From Paracoccaceae bacterium (GTDB taxonomy: Bacteria > Pseudomonadota > Alphaproteobacteria > Rhodobacterales > Rhodobacteraceae): DNA of 64,000 bases. Position 1 is the stretch's first letter. Every line of letters starts with the position of its first letter. The stretch covers positions 232,492 through 296,491 of the forward strand of contig CBDCFL010000021.1 of NCBI GenBank assembly GCA_965216135.1, given 5' to 3'. Both the position numbers and the translations under genes were made by a program. Shown here piece by piece: positions 21,326-32,172 of this stretch. The notes under the pieces were generated by a model. That model did not search any database. It was not told the DNA's origin and saw only the letters and a program-made list of their open reading frames with translations.

Positions 21326-22792
21326 ATGCGAGACCTGCCCGCTGCCCACGCCTTTGACGACGACAAACTAAAAGAAGAATGCGGGGTTTTCGGGGTGACC
21401 GGGCTGGGCGATGCGGCCAATTTCGTCGCTCTCGGCCTGCACGCGCTGCAACATCGCGGACAGGAAGCCGGCGGCATCGTCTCTTACGCACCTGAGACCG
21501 GGTTTAACTCGGCGCGGCGCTTTGGCTATGTGCGCGACACATTCACCAAGGCCAGCCTGATGGAAACCCTGCCCGGCGAGATTGCCATCGGGCATGTCCG
21601 CTATTCGACCGCCGGGTCCAAGGGTCATACGCAGATTCGCGACGTTCAGCCGTTTTTTGGTGAATTTTCCATGGGCGGGGCGGCGATTTCGCATAACGGC
21701 AATATCACCAACGCCGAGGCGCTCAGGCGCGAGCTGATCGACCGCGGCTCGATCTTTCAAAGTGGCTCGGACAGCGAATGCATCGTGCATCTGATGGCGC
21801 GGTCCCCGAAAAATACCATCCCCGAGCGGATCAAGGATGCGCTGCAACGTGTCGAGGGCGCGTTTTCCATCGTCGCGATGACGCGGACCAAGCTGATCGG
21901 GGTGCGCGATCCTTTGGGCGTGCGCCCGCTGGTGCTGGGCCAATTGCCCGGTGGCGGTTTTGCGCTGTCGTCGGAAACCTGTGCGCTCGACATTATCGGG
22001 GCGGAATTCCTGCGCGAGATTGAGCCCGGCGAGATGGTGGTTATCGAAAAAGGCAAGGTCAGATCGCACCGGCCTTTTGCCGATGCCAAGCCGCGGTTTT
22101 GCATCTTTGAACATGTATATTTCAGCCGCCCCGATTCGATATTGGGTGGCCGCTCGGTCTATGAAACCCGCCGCCAGATCGGGGTGGAATTGGCCCGCGA
22201 GGCCCCGGTTGAGGCCGATCTGGTCTGCCCTGTGCCAGATGGCGGTGTTCCGGCAGCTATCGGATTTTCTCAGGAGAGCGGCATTCAGTACGCGATGGGA
22301 ATATCACGAAATCAATATGTTGGCCGCACGTTCATTGAGCCGACCGAACAGATCCGCAACATGGGCGTGCGTCTGAAACTGAACATCAATCGCGCGCTGA
22401 TCAAGGGCAAACGGATTATTTTGGTTGACGACAGTGTTGTGCGCGGCACCACCAGCATGAAGATCAAAGGTATGCTGATGGACACGGGCGCTGCCGAAGT
22501 TCATTTTCGGATCGCCTCGCCTCCGACGGCCTGGCCATGCTTTTACGGCGTCGACACGCCGGAGCGCGAAAAACTGCTGGCATCGTCGATGACCGAAGAC
22601 CAAATGCGCGACCATCTTGGAGTGACTTCGCTGCGGTTCATTTCGCTCGACGGTCTCTATCGCGCGGTGGGTGAGGCCAAGGGCCGGAACGCGAAAATCC
22701 CTCAATACTGCGATGCGTGTTTTTCCGGGCAATATCCGGTGCGCCCTGCGGACATGATCGCAAAGGGCTTTGAGCTTGAGGCGGCGGAGTAG
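21326..22792 (+). CDS. purF: Amidophosphoribosyltransferase
   Basis: ECGVFGV N-terminal nucleophile and PRPP motif ILVDDSVVRGTT. Confidence 0.97.
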   Translation: MRDLPAAHAFDDDKLKEECGVFGVTGLGDAANFVALGLHALQHRGQEAGGIVSYAPETGFNSARRFGYVRDTFTKASLMETLPGEIAIGHVRYSTAGSKGHTQIRDVQPFFGEFSMGGAAISHNGNITNAEALRRELIDRGSIFQSGSDSECIVHLMARSPKNTIPERIKDALQRVEGAFSIVAMTRTKLIGVRDPLGVRPLVLGQLPGGGFALSSETCALDIIGAEFLREIEPGEMVVIEKGKVRSHRPFADAKPRFCIFEHVYFSRPDSILGGRSVYETRRQIGVELAREAPVEADLVCPVPDGGVPAAIGFSQESGIQYAMGISRNQYVGRTFIEPTEQIRNMGVRLKLNINRALIKGKRIILVDDSVVRGTTSMKIKGMLMDTGAAEVHFRIASPPTAWPCFYGVDTPEREKLLASSMTEDQMRDHLGVTSLRFISLDGLYRAVGEAKGRNAKIPQYCDACFSGQYPVRPADMIAKGFELEAAE

Positions 22793-22943
22793 GCCTTTTT
22801 TTGGCCGATACACTCCCGCCGGAGGCTGCGCCGCAGGCGCTAACAAAAAATATGACGCCGCAGGCGTCGCTATTTCCTAGGACGGCGCGATCCCGGCAAA
22901 ACGCAGATTGACCTTGGACGATGAACAAACCAAACCGCGTCGC

Positions 22944-23582
22944 ATGACCCAGGCCGCCCTGATCACCGGAGCCTCGCGCGGGCTTGGCGCAGCCCTGGCC
23001 TTGGCACTCGCGCCAAGCCATCACATCATCGCCGTAGCGCGCACCACCGGCGCGTTGGAGGAACTTGACGACCGGATCAAGGCCGCAGGCGGCGCGGCCA
23101 CGCTTGCATCAATGGACATCACCAATTCGGACGCGATGGCGCAACTTTGCCTGTCAATCCATGAGCGCTGGGGCGGGCTGGATTTATGGGCGCATTGTGC
23201 CATCCATGCGGCGGCGCTGGCACCGGCGGGGCATCTCGACGCCAAAGATTGGGACCGCTCGGTTGAGGTAAATGTCACCGCCACAGGTCGCCTGATCCCG
23301 ATGGTCGCGCCACTACTGGGCGGCGGCGGCAAGGCGCTCTTTTTCGACGATACGCGTGCTGGCGAAAAATTCTTTGCCGCCTACGGTTCAACAAAGGCCG
23401 CCCAGATCGCGTTGGCACGATCCTGGGCGTGTGAGGCCGGGACAACCGGCGCACGCGTGCATATTGCCCGACCCGCAGCCATGCCGACCGCAACCCGTGC
23501 GCGGTTTTTCCCCGGTGAGGATCGCCAGACGCTGGCCGATCCGGCCACGGAAGCGGCGCGCATTTTGACTGAAATATCCTGA
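22944..23582 (+). CDS. Short-chain dehydrogenase/reductase
   Basis: ITGASRGLG and YGSTKAA motifs. Confidence 0.85.
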   Translation: MTQAALITGASRGLGAALALALAPSHHIIAVARTTGALEELDDRIKAAGGAATLASMDITNSDAMAQLCLSIHERWGGLDLWAHCAIHAAALAPAGHLDAKDWDRSVEVNVTATGRLIPMVAPLLGGGGKALFFDDTRAGEKFFAAYGSTKAAQIALARSWACEAGTTGARVHIARPAAMPTATRARFFPGEDRQTLADPATEAARILTEIS

Positions 23583-23761
23583 CCTCGGGGCGGCTCGATC
23601 AGCCCTGCCGGGCTTCCTCGCTGACGCTCTGAAAGAGATGAGGCCCGAAAGGGCCGAAGAGCGCCTGCCCTGCATATGTCGCACGAATGGACCGTGCCAC
23701 CTTGCCGCCCTGAACCGCCTGCTCTAATCAGATGCCAATCTGGCGGCGGACCACGGGGCCC

Positions 23762-24544
23762 ATGCAAATCCTGATCACCAATGACGATGGCATCAACGCG
23801 CCGGGGCTGCAGATTCTGCATGACATCGCGACCGAGATTGCCGGGCCGCAAGGTGAGGTCTGGACCGTCGCGCCGGCTTTTGAGCAGTCCGGTGTCGGCC
23901 ATTGCATCAGTTTTACCCATCCGATGATGATCGCTGAATTCGACGAGCGGCGATTTGCCGCCGAAGGCTCGCCTGCCGATTGCGTGCTGGCGGCGATTTA
24001 CGATGTCATGCCCGCGCCGCCCGATCTGGTACTATCCGGCGTCAACCGGGGCAATAATGCCGCCGAGAACACGCTTTATTCCGGCACCATCGGTGCGGCG
24101 ATGGAGGCGGCTTTGCAGCGATTGCCGGCGATTGCCTTGTCGCAGTTCTATGGGCCCGATAACCGCGACCTGAAAGACCCGTTCGAGGCAGCCCGCACGA
24201 ACGGTGCGGCGGTGGTGCGGGCATTGCTGGACGACGGCATCTGGGATCGCGACGATTACAGGCTGTTTTACAACGTCAATTTCCCGCCGCTGCCCGCAGC
24301 GGATGTGAAGGGCACCAGGATCGTGGCGCAGGGGTATCGGCGAGAAACCTTTTTCGGCGTCGAGCCGCATCGCTCGCCATCGGGGCGCAAGTTCTTATGG
24401 ATCAAGGGCGGGCCGCAACTTCTGCCGACCGGCCCGGACACAGATGTCACCGCCAATCTCGACGGCTATATCTCGATCACGCCGATGCGCTGTGACCTGA
24501 CTGCGCATGATGTGATCGAAGACCTTAGGGTCCGCCTTGGCTGA
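23762..24544 (+). CDS. surE: 5'/3'-nucleotidase SurE
   Basis: [16 protein letters not shown]-terminus and GVNRGNN. Confidence 0.95.
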   Translation: MQILITNDDGINAPGLQILHDIATEIAGPQGEVWTVAPAFEQSGVGHCISFTHPMMIAEFDERRFAAEGSPADCVLAAIYDVMPAPPDLVLSGVNRGNNAAENTLYSGTIGAAMEAALQRLPAIALSQFYGPDNRDLKDPFEAARTNGAAVVRALLDDGIWDRDDYRLFYNVNFPPLPAADVKGTRIVAQGYRRETFFGVEPHRSPSGRKFLWIKGGPQLLPTGPDTDVTANLDGYISITPMRCDLTAHDVIEDLRVRLG

Positions 24545-24554
24545 GGGGGTGGCA

Positions 24555-25199
24555 ATGACCAGCGATGCGACGCGCAAAATGCAGTTTCTGTTTGCCTTAC
24601 GCAGCCACGGGGTGACCGACAAGGCCGTGTTGGAAGCGATGGAAAAGGTTGACCGTGCGATGTTTCTGGGTCGTGGCATATTCGCCGAGCGGGCTTATGC
24701 CGACATGCCCCTGCCGATTGCTTGCGGACAAACGATCAGCCAACCGTCGATTGTTGGCCTGATGACCCAGGCCCTGAACATTCAGCCGCGCCACAAGGTG
24801 CTGGAGGTGGGCACAGGCTCTGGCTATCAGGCCGCGATCCTGAGCCGTCTGGCGCGGCGCATCTATACGGTTGATCGCCATGCCCGGCTGGTGCGCGAGG
24901 CGCGCGTGGTATTTGAGGAACTGGATCTGACCAATGTGACCGCGATTGTCGCCGATGGCAGCCGCGGGCTGCCTGATCAGGCGCCGTTTGACCGGATCAT
25001 GGTGACGGCGGCGGCCGAGGATGCGCCTGGTCCGCTCTTGGCGCAACTCAGAATTGACGGTATCATGGTTCTGCCGGTCGGGCAGTCAGATGCGGTGCAA
25101 AGCCTGATCAAAGTGACACGGCTGGACAAGGGCTATGATTACGAAGAGCTTTGCCCGGTGCGTTTTGTGCCCCTGATCGAAGGGATGGGGCAGGAATAG
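24555..25199 (+). CDS. pcm: Protein-L-isoaspartate O-methyltransferase
   Basis: [10 protein letters not shown] and [13 protein letters not shown]. Conserved surE-pcm-nlpD order. Confidence 0.95.
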   Translation: MTSDATRKMQFLFALRSHGVTDKAVLEAMEKVDRAMFLGRGIFAERAYADMPLPIACGQTISQPSIVGLMTQALNIQPRHKVLEVGTGSGYQAAILSRLARRIYTVDRHARLVREARVVFEELDLTNVTAIVADGSRGLPDQAPFDRIMVTAAAEDAPGPLLAQLRIDGIMVLPVGQSDAVQSLIKVTRLDKGYDYEELCPVRFVPLIEGMGQE

Positions 25200-25267
25200 G
25201 CCGCTTGAATTGCGGGCGTTTCATGAAAGTTCGAAAAATAACGGACCAGAAGGTGAGGAAAGAGCAG

Positions 25268-26386
25268 ATGGGTGGACTACTGAGATTAGCATTCATATCG
25301 ACCGCAGCGCTGACGCTGGCGGGTTGCGACGGCGCACCGATTGATTTTGATCTGCGCAGTTTTGGCAATGGCTTCGATACGTCAAGTACTGCGCAAAACG
25401 CCACCGCAACGCGCCCGCAGGCGGATGCGCGCGGGGTTATTTCTTATCCGAATTATCAGATCGTGGTGGCCAGGCGCGGCGATACGGTTGCCGGGATCGC
25501 CAACAGGATCGGCCTCGGCGCCGATGAGCTGGCGCGTCACAACGGCCTTTTGCCCGATGTGGGGCTGCGGGCCGGCAAAGTGCTGGCCCTGCCCCGCCGG
25601 GTCGAAGAACCCTCGACCGCGACAGGCGCGATTACATCGGGACCGTTGACACCGGGTGGTGTGGACCTGACATCGCTGGCCGGTCAGGCGATTGACCGCG
25701 CCTCGGCGCTTGAGCCAGGCCACGCTCCGACGCGCGAGGTTGCAGCCGGGGTTGAGCCGATCCGCCACAAGGTTGAGCGCGGTGAGACGGCGTTCACCAT
25801 CTCGCGGCTTTATAACGTGTCGGTTCGCGCGCTGGCTGACTGGAACGGATTGAGCAGCGATCTGGCGGTGCGCGAAGGGCAATTCCTGCTGATCCCGGTG
25901 GTGATTGATCCACCCGCGCCGGACCCTGAGACGGCAACGCCCGAACCGCCAAGTGCCGCTGATCCGTTGCCCACGGAAACCCCGGGCGCGGATGCCGAGG
26001 CACCACCGTCGCCAGAGCTGGGCGGTGATGATGCGGCGGTTGGCTTTCAGATGCCGGTCGCGGGCTCGATCATCCGCGAATTTTCCAAAGGCAAGAATGA
26101 CGGCATTGATATTGCCGCCAGCCCCGGTGCCACGGTGGTGGCAGCAGCCGACGGAACCGTGGCGGCGATCACGCGCGATACCGATCAGGTGCCGATCATC
26201 GTGCTCAGACATGCGGATAATATCCTGACCGTCTATGCTGGTGTCGATCAGGTCACCGTGGCCAAGGGTGCCAGCGTCAAGCGCGGCCAGAAAATAGCGG
26301 TGATCCGCGACGCCGATCCCAGTTTCCTGCACTTTGAGGTGCGGCGCGGCCTGGATTCGGTCGATCCGATGGATTTTCTGAGCTGA
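25268..26386 (+). CDS. nlpD: LysM/LytM (M23) lipoprotein, NlpD-like
   Basis: Lipobox LTLAGC, two LysM repeats and a C-terminal M23-like domain. Confidence 0.85.
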   Translation: MGGLLRLAFISTAALTLAGCDGAPIDFDLRSFGNGFDTSSTAQNATATRPQADARGVISYPNYQIVVARRGDTVAGIANRIGLGADELARHNGLLPDVGLRAGKVLALPRRVEEPSTATGAITSGPLTPGGVDLTSLAGQAIDRASALEPGHAPTREVAAGVEPIRHKVERGETAFTISRLYNVSVRALADWNGLSSDLAVREGQFLLIPVVIDPPAPDPETATPEPPSAADPLPTETPGADAEAPPSPELGGDDAAVGFQMPVAGSIIREFSKGKNDGIDIAASPGATVVAAADGTVAAITRDTDQVPIIVLRHADNILTVYAGVDQVTVAKGASVKRGQKIAVIRDADPSFLHFEVRRGLDSVDPMDFLS

Positions 26387-26426
26387 GGTAGCTCGGGGTG
26401 TCAGCTGGAACGTCGTGCGCATCACA

Positions 26427-26600
26427 GGGCAGCGCCTGACCGCGGGCGGGCGCGTCTGACCGTGACGGTCCGCGCTTTATGGTGCCGCTGCATCTTTCGT
26501 TTGAACGGCTGCGCGGGCGGTGACGATGCGCGCGACCACCCCGGGCGGTCGGGCGCTGCCCGGGCCGCTGGCGCGGCTGTTCCGGGCAAAGGGCGATGCC
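26427..26600 (+). repeat. Structured intergenic element, copy R2 (internally rearranged)
   Basis: GGGCAGCGCCTG (26427-26438) pairs with CGGGCGCTGCCC (26550-26561). A 3' hairpin GCCGC/GCGGC is followed by TGTTCCGGGC. Confidence 0.75.
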
Positions 26601-26629
26601 TTGCTCTCACCCTCACCCAGGAGGAGTGA

Positions 26630-27789
26630 TACCAACGGCCCCCAGATTTGACTCAAGGGGATTCCCACGAGCGGCGTGATCTGATTCAGTGGCATCAAGG
26701 CAAGGGAGGCTTTGATGGCAGTAAGGATTACGCGCAAAGACAAGTCCGCAGGCGAGCTTCGCCAGGAAGCGGCGCGGTGCCGGGATGGGAAAGCGGCGCG
26801 ACGGATGTTGGCGATTGCCCTGGTTCTGGATGGGGTTGACCGCAAGACGGCGGCAGAAAACTGCGGCATGGATCGGCAGACGCTGCGGGATTGGGCCCAC
26901 CGTTACAATGCGGAGGGCGTGTCGGGCCTGTTCAACCGTCGCCCGCCGGATCCACCCTGTCTGCTGAGCGCGGCACAGAAGGAGGAGTTGGCGGAAATGG
27001 TTCGGGCGGGTCCCGACCCCGAAACCGATGGGGTTGTGCGCTGGCGGCGCATTGATCTGAAACGCAAGATCGAAGAGCGCTTCGGCGTCACCATGCATGA
27101 GCGAACTGTTGGCAAACAATTGGCAAGCCTGGGCTTTCGGCGTCTGTCGGTGCGCCCGCAGCATCCGAAATCCGACCCGGATGCACAGGAGGCTTTTAAA
27201 AAAACTTCGCCGCAGAGGTAGAAGCAGCCTTGCCGGAAACAGCCCGCAGCAAGCCCCTGGAGATATGGTTTCAGGATGAAGCGCGGGTTGGCCAGCAGGG
27301 CACGCTCACCCGTATCTGGGCCGAGCGTGGAACACGCCCCCGTGCCCCGCGCGACACCCGCTATATCTGGAGCTACATTTTCGGTGCCGTCTGCCCGGAA
27401 CGGGCTGAAGCGGCCGCTCTGATCATGCCACATGCCGACACACAGGCCATGAGCGCGCATCTCGCCGAGATCGCTAAAACCGTCGCATCGGGCGCACATG
27501 CCCTTCTCATTCTGGATGGCGCTGGCTGGCACGGTTCGGCAGAGCTGGAGGTACCCGACAACATCACCCTGCTCAAACTCCCGCCCTATTCCCCTGAACT
27601 CAACCCGATGGAAAATGTGTGGGCTTATCTGCGTGCCAACAAGCTCGCCATATCCGTCTTCGACAATTATGAGCAGATCGTCGACAGGTGTTGCGAAGCA
27701 TGGAACTTCTTTGCAAACGACAAAACCGCAATCACGTCAATCACTACCAGACAATGGGCCAAAACGGTCAACGGCTAGGGCCGTTGGTA
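26630..27789 (+). mobile_element. IS630-family insertion sequence (subtype 1)
   Basis: Terminal inverted repeats TACCAACGGCCC at both ends, TA-type flanks, one two-part transposase. Confidence 0.9.
26712..27778 (+). CDS. IS630-family DDE transposase in two frames (26712-27221 and 27230-27778), joined by a -1 shift at an A7 run
   Basis: An HTH half ends ...EAFKK at the run AAAAAAA (27198-27204). The DDE half (LEIWFQDEARVGQ...ELNPMENVW) follows in the -1 frame. The three other IS630 subtypes or copies in the window have A8 there and a single ORF. Confidence 0.85.
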
Positions 27790-27876
27790 TTAAAGGCAAC
27801 AGGTGCTGTACGCAACAGAAATTTCTGACGCTTTGCAATCCATTGGCGACGCGAGCGAAACAAAACCCCCGGATTC

Positions 27877-28587
27877 TTACGCACCATCCACGATTTGTCG
27901 CATGTGCCACGCCAGCGCCTGATTGCTGGACAAAACCGGCTTGCCAAGCTCGGTTTGTATGCTCGGTATCGCCTCATAGGTGCGTAAATTTGTGCAGCTC
28001 AGAAAAACGCCGTCTACCGATGGATCACGGCCAAGTTCCAGTGCTGCGGCAATGATCGAGCTTGGCGCAATCCGCGCGACGTTTGCGTCATCGGCTTCGC
28101 TGAAAGTGCCAAACACCTCGGTGGCGATCCCATTGTCGGCAAAAGCCTTGCGCAAAGGCTCGTTCACCTCCTCGACATATGGCGACAAAAGCGCCAGCCG
28201 CGAAACGCCCTGGCTTGCGCAACAGGCAATTGCAGCGCGCAGAGGGTTGGTCACATATGCCGCATCGCATGTCGATTGGACGAGGGTTTCGACCGCTTCA
28301 GAGCCGATCAGCGAGCTGGCCGATGTACAGCCGTAACCCACGACCGCAAAGCGCATCCGGCTTGGCAGCAGCGCGGCGGCGGCAGGAAGTTCGGCCTGCA
28401 TCTGTTGCAGCATGTCGCGCGTGACGTTGCGCCCGCTGGGAATGCGGCTCACCAGGATCGGGTTTGGCGTATCGGCGAAATATCGACGAAAATCGGCCTC
28501 GATGGTTTCGTCGGTTTGCAGCACGATCAGACCTAACGGCGCGGCAACGGGATCATCGGGCTCAATTTCATAAGGCAGATGGTTCAT
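27877..28587 (-). CDS. Asp/Glu/hydantoin-racemase superfamily protein, EutA-like
   Basis: GLIVLQTDETIE...VGYGCTSAS...FLSCTNLRT pattern typical of the arylmalonate decarboxylase / maleate isomerase / EutA group. Confidence 0.65.
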   Translation of the reverse strand: MNHLPYEIEPDDPVAAPLGLIVLQTDETIEADFRRYFADTPNPILVSRIPSGRNVTRDMLQQMQAELPAAAALLPSRMRFAVVGYGCTSASSLIGSEAVETLVQSTCDAAYVTNPLRAAIACCASQGVSRLALLSPYVEEVNEPLRKAFADNGIATEVFGTFSEADDANVARIAPSSIIAAALELGRDPSVDGVFLSCTNLRTYEAIPSIQTELGKPVLSSNQALAWHMRQIVDGA

Positions 28588-29747
28588 ATCGTTGGCAACT
28601 CCGCACCGGCGCGCGGCGACAGATATTCTGCGGCTTCGCCGGTGATCAGAATATTTTCTTCATGCACCATAATTTTGCCGTCAACCGAAATAACCGGTTC
28701 CAGCGTCAGGACCATGCCTGCTTCCAGCGGCGTGTGATCGCTCGCCATCAATGACGGCCATTCGGTCAGCGACATGCCCAGCCCATGTCCGAGCCGGCCC
28801 GCGCTCGCTTTATCATCACCGCTGTTCAGCACCCTGTTCATCGCGTCGAATAGCCCTGACGCGGTCTGGCCGGGGCGCGCGCACGCGAAGGCTGCGTCGC
28901 TGGCTTCGATCAGGCGGGCATGGGCATCGCGAACCGCCCGGGTGGGCGCCCCAAGCGACCAGTTGCGATGTTGGGTTTCGTAATCGCAGAAATAGCCATC
29001 CCACACACAGCCGATATCCAGCATCAGCACATCGCCGCGCGCCAGAGCAGATGTGTCGGCGGGCGCGATCACATCACTATAGCCGCCCTCTGCGGCCGCA
29101 CCTGCCAGATAGGGCACCCAATCAACACCTTCCTCCAAGCAGAGCATCTGAAACTCGCGAAAAACCTGCTCCAGCGGTGACCCTTCAGCGGCAATCTGTG
29201 GCACGCGGGCAAAGGCCCGGCCCGCCATCGCGCAGACAGTTCGGATCTTGGCTATTTCGGCGGGCGATTTCACCATCCGCAGGGTTCGCATTATCGACTG
29301 ATCGCCAACTAGCTGGCGTTCACCAAGGCTTGCGCGCAGACGCTGGACATCGGCGAGGGGCATGCGCACATGCGTCTCGTGGCCGTCGGGCAACCCAATT
29401 CGGGCACCGTTTTCGGTCAGCTCATTCAGGGTTTCTGTCAACAGGCCGATGCCATCGTCGCTCAGATCAGGCGAGGCCCAGGTGCAGATGTCGTCGATCC
29501 AAGTCGCGCCCATCAGCGCCGCACCGATCGACGGGATCACCGCCACCGGCTTGCCGCTGGAAGGGACGATCACAAACCAGGGCCGCGTCGGGCTTTGCCA
29601 GAACCGGGTCAGGTAACCGGTGAAATAACGCACCTCCGGCTCGGTGGTCAGCAACAGCGCGCCCAGGTGGTGCGCAGCCATCTGCGCCTGGGCCCGATCA
29701 AGCCGTGCCTGATATTCGCCTTCAGCAAACCCGCGCCGCGCCGTCAT
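28584..29747 (-). CDS. M24-family Xaa-Pro peptidase/creatinase-like hydrolase
   Basis: Pita-bread fold motifs (MLDIG...DGYFCD, GHGLGMSLTEWP, LTLEP, HEENI). Confidence 0.8.
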   Translation of the reverse strand: MTARRGFAEGEYQARLDRAQAQMAAHHLGALLLTTEPEVRYFTGYLTRFWQSPTRPWFVIVPSSGKPVAVIPSIGAALMGATWIDDICTWASPDLSDDGIGLLTETLNELTENGARIGLPDGHETHVRMPLADVQRLRASLGERQLVGDQSIMRTLRMVKSPAEIAKIRTVCAMAGRAFARVPQIAAEGSPLEQVFREFQMLCLEEGVDWVPYLAGAAAEGGYSDVIAPADTSALARGDVLMLDIGCVWDGYFCDYETQHRNWSLGAPTRAVRDAHARLIEASDAAFACARPGQTASGLFDAMNRVLNSGDDKASAGRLGHGLGMSLTEWPSLMASDHTPLEAGMVLTLEPVISVDGKIMVHEENILITGEAAEYLSPRAGAELPTI

Positions 29748-30796
29748 TCAGCCACCTCTGACAAAATCGCCAGCACGCGGGCGTCCGCACCGATGTTGAG
29801 CGTCTCGCGCGCCGTGGGGTTCAGCGCCAGGGCAATCCCCGCCCCGCCAGAGGCTGTCGTGGCCAGCCCGGCCCCCGTCATCGCGGGCAGGGCGCCGACA
29901 ACCTCATCATCGGACAGGGTGACAAACCAGTCCGCATCGCGGCCCAGCCCGTTGAGCGCGATCAGTGAGGGTTCCTTGCAGTCGAGCCGCCCCATGATGC
30001 TGGCCGGTCCCTCTGTCAGCACGGATTTTCCGGCGACGATACTGGCCTGCAGCGCGCGCGCGGCCTGGGGTTCGACCACCACGATCACCGGGTCATCGCC
30101 CCATTGTTTGCGCGCAAAAGCCGCCACTGCGCCCGCCAACCCGCCGACGCCAGCCTGCAAGACGATATGCGTGGGTATATCCGGGCATTGGCGCACCGCC
30201 TCTGCGGCGAGCTGCAGGTAGCCCTCCATCAAAACATAGGGAAGCTCGGTATATCCCGGCCAGGACGTGTCCGACAGAAGCGTCCAGTTGTTGTCGCGCG
30301 CCCCGTCGCAGGCAGCGGCCAGGCTGGCGGCATAATCTGCGCCTATGCGGTGCACCTCGGCGCCCTGCTCACTTAGACGCTCGGCGAAACTGGCGGGCAC
30401 GGTTTCGGCAATATACACAACCGCGCGCGCGCCGAAGATACGGGCACCGGCGGCGACCGAAAGCCCATGGTTTCCGGCACTGGCGGTGACATAGGTGCAA
30501 CCGGCAAGGGTTGAGCGGTCCAGGTTTTCCGCCAGATCAGCAGCCTGGCGGGCGATCACATAGGCCGCGCCGAGCGCTTTGAAAGAGCCAAGGCCCATGC
30601 GGGGGCGCTCGTCCTTGACCCACAGCGCGCCAATGCCTGCCTCGCGCGCCAATGTGTCACACGACACCAGCGGCGTCTCTTCAGCGGCCGAACAGCGCGC
30701 CAAAAGTTCGCCGACGCGCCAGGCAGCGACACTGGGATAGGGCGCATCCGGTGCCAGTTTGGCGCCATCGCGATGCGGGTTTTTGACGGCCTTCAT
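29744..30796 (-). CDS. PLP-dependent fold-type II enzyme (threonine dehydratase / diaminopropionate ammonia-lyase / EutB-like)
   Basis: SFKALGAAY PLP-lysine motif and ASAGNHG. Start placed at the internal Met MKAVKNP. Confidence 0.7.
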   Translation of the reverse strand: MKAVKNPHRDGAKLAPDAPYPSVAAWRVGELLARCSAAEETPLVSCDTLAREAGIGALWVKDERPRMGLGSFKALGAAYVIARQAADLAENLDRSTLAGCTYVTASAGNHGLSVAAGARIFGARAVVYIAETVPASFAERLSEQGAEVHRIGADYAASLAAACDGARDNNWTLLSDTSWPGYTELPYVLMEGYLQLAAEAVRQCPDIPTHIVLQAGVGGLAGAVAAFARKQWGDDPVIVVVEPQAARALQASIVAGKSVLTEGPASIMGRLDCKEPSLIALNGLGRDADWFVTLSDDEVVGALPAMTGAGLATTASGGAGIALALNPTARETLNIGADARVLAILSEVAE

Positions 30797-30930
30797 GTCT
30801 CTTCGCTCTCCGATTTGCCCCTCTGGCGGCTCTCGCCCGGTTGCCAGCGTTCGGTTCAACGCCATGCAGCACCGGTTTTTTTGCTTGACGTGACCCAGAG
30901 GCGGCGGCCTTTTTGTTTTGTTCGGCGACA

Positions 30931-32172
30931 ATGCGACAGGATCCGCCTGTCGGCAAGAAATTCGCCCAAGCAAAGCACAGGATAATCGTGCCACACCCAG
31001 ACCCGGCGTTTTCCGCCACCGAATATGCCCGCCGCCTGGCCAAAACCCGCGCTGCCATGGATGTTGCCGGGATCGACCTGTTGTTCGTCGAAGACCCGGC
31101 GAATATTACTTGGCTAACGGGCTATGAAGGCTGGTCGTTTTACGTCCATCAGGGGGCTTTGGTCTTTCATGACCGCGATCCGGTGTGGTGGGGACGCGCC
31201 CAAGATGCCAATGGCGCGCTGCGCACCGTCTGGATGGCCGAGACCGAAGTGCGCGGGTATGCGGATAATTACGTGCAATCCAGCGAACGCCACCCGATGC
31301 AGGACCTGGCGGCACTCATCGGCGAGGTCGGCTATGCGGATAAACGCATCGGTGTCGAGCTAGAGAATTATTATTTCAGCGCAAAGGCTTATCTGACACT
31401 TCTAAAGCTGCTCCCACAGGCCGAATTTGTCGATGCGACGGCGCTGGTCAACTGGCAGCGCGCGGTCAAGTCGGCCGAGGAAATCGCGTTCATGCGCAAG
31501 GCCGCGCGCATCGCCGAGCATGTCATGGATGGCGTGGTCGAGCGCATCGAACCGGGGATGCGCAAGAACGACCTGGTTGCCGAAATTTACCGCGACACGA
31601 TCCGTGGCGTTGGCGCCGATTGGGGCGATTACACATCATTGGTGCCGCTTCTGCCCTCGGGCAGTGACGCCGCCGCGCCGCATCTGACCTGGAATGGCGC
31701 ACCATTTCGCCGGGGCGAGGGGACATTTTTTGAACTGGCGGGGTGTTATCGCCGCTATCACACGCCGTTTTGCCGGACGGTCTTTTTGGGCGATCCGCCC
31801 GAATTTCTGAAAGTGGCAGAGGCTGCTCTGGTCGAAGGGCTGGAGGCCGGGCTGGATGCCGCGCGCGCGGGCAATCGCGCCTGCGATATTGCCAATGCGC
31901 TGGCGGCACCGTTGCGGCGCGCCGGGATCGAGCGCGGCGCGCGCTGTGGGTATCCCATTGGGCTTTCCTACCCGCCCGATTGGGGCGAACGCACCGTGTC
32001 GTTTCGCGAAGAGGATGAAACCGTGTTAGAGCCGGGCATGACATTTCACTTCATGCCCGGTCTATGGATGGACGATTGGGGACTGGAGATAACCGAGCCG
32101 ATCCTGATCAAAGAAACCGGCCCCGCCGAATGTTTCTGCGACCGCCCGCGCGAATTGATTGTCAAACGCTGA
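30931..32172 (+). CDS. doeA: Ectoine hydrolase DoeA/EutD-like M24 enzyme
   Basis: End-to-end resemblance to DoeA as I remember it (WLTGYEGWSFYVHQ, ENYYFSAKAY, AAAPHLTW, GYPIGLSYPPDWGERT, MTFHFMPGLW, DWGLEITE). Confidence 0.75.
   Translation: MRQDPPVGKKFAQAKHRIIVPHPDPAFSATEYARRLAKTRAAMDVAGIDLLFVEDPANITWLTGYEGWSFYVHQGALVFHDRDPVWWGRAQDANGALRTVWMAETEVRGYADNYVQSSERHPMQDLAALIGEVGYADKRIGVELENYYFSAKAYLTLLKLLPQAEFVDATALVNWQRAVKSAEEIAFMRKAARIAEHVMDGVVERIEPGMRKNDLVAEIYRDTIRGVGADWGDYTSLVPLLPSGSDAAAPHLTWNGAPFRRGEGTFFELAGCYRRYHTPFCRTVFLGDPPEFLKVAEAALVEGLEAGLDAARAGNRACDIANALAAPLRRAGIERGARCGYPIGLSYPPDWGERTVSFREEDETVLEPGMTFHFMPGLWMDDWGLEITEPILIKETGPAECFCDRPRELIVKR

Noticed and set aside
23583-23731. 149-nt SDR-surE spacer with a GGCCCGAAAGGGCC tetraloop hairpin; considered as SRP RNA or another ncRNA.
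   Set aside because: Neither strand has an SRP domain IV motif (GGAAGGAAGCAGCC-type) or any other recognisable core. A single small hairpin is not enough.
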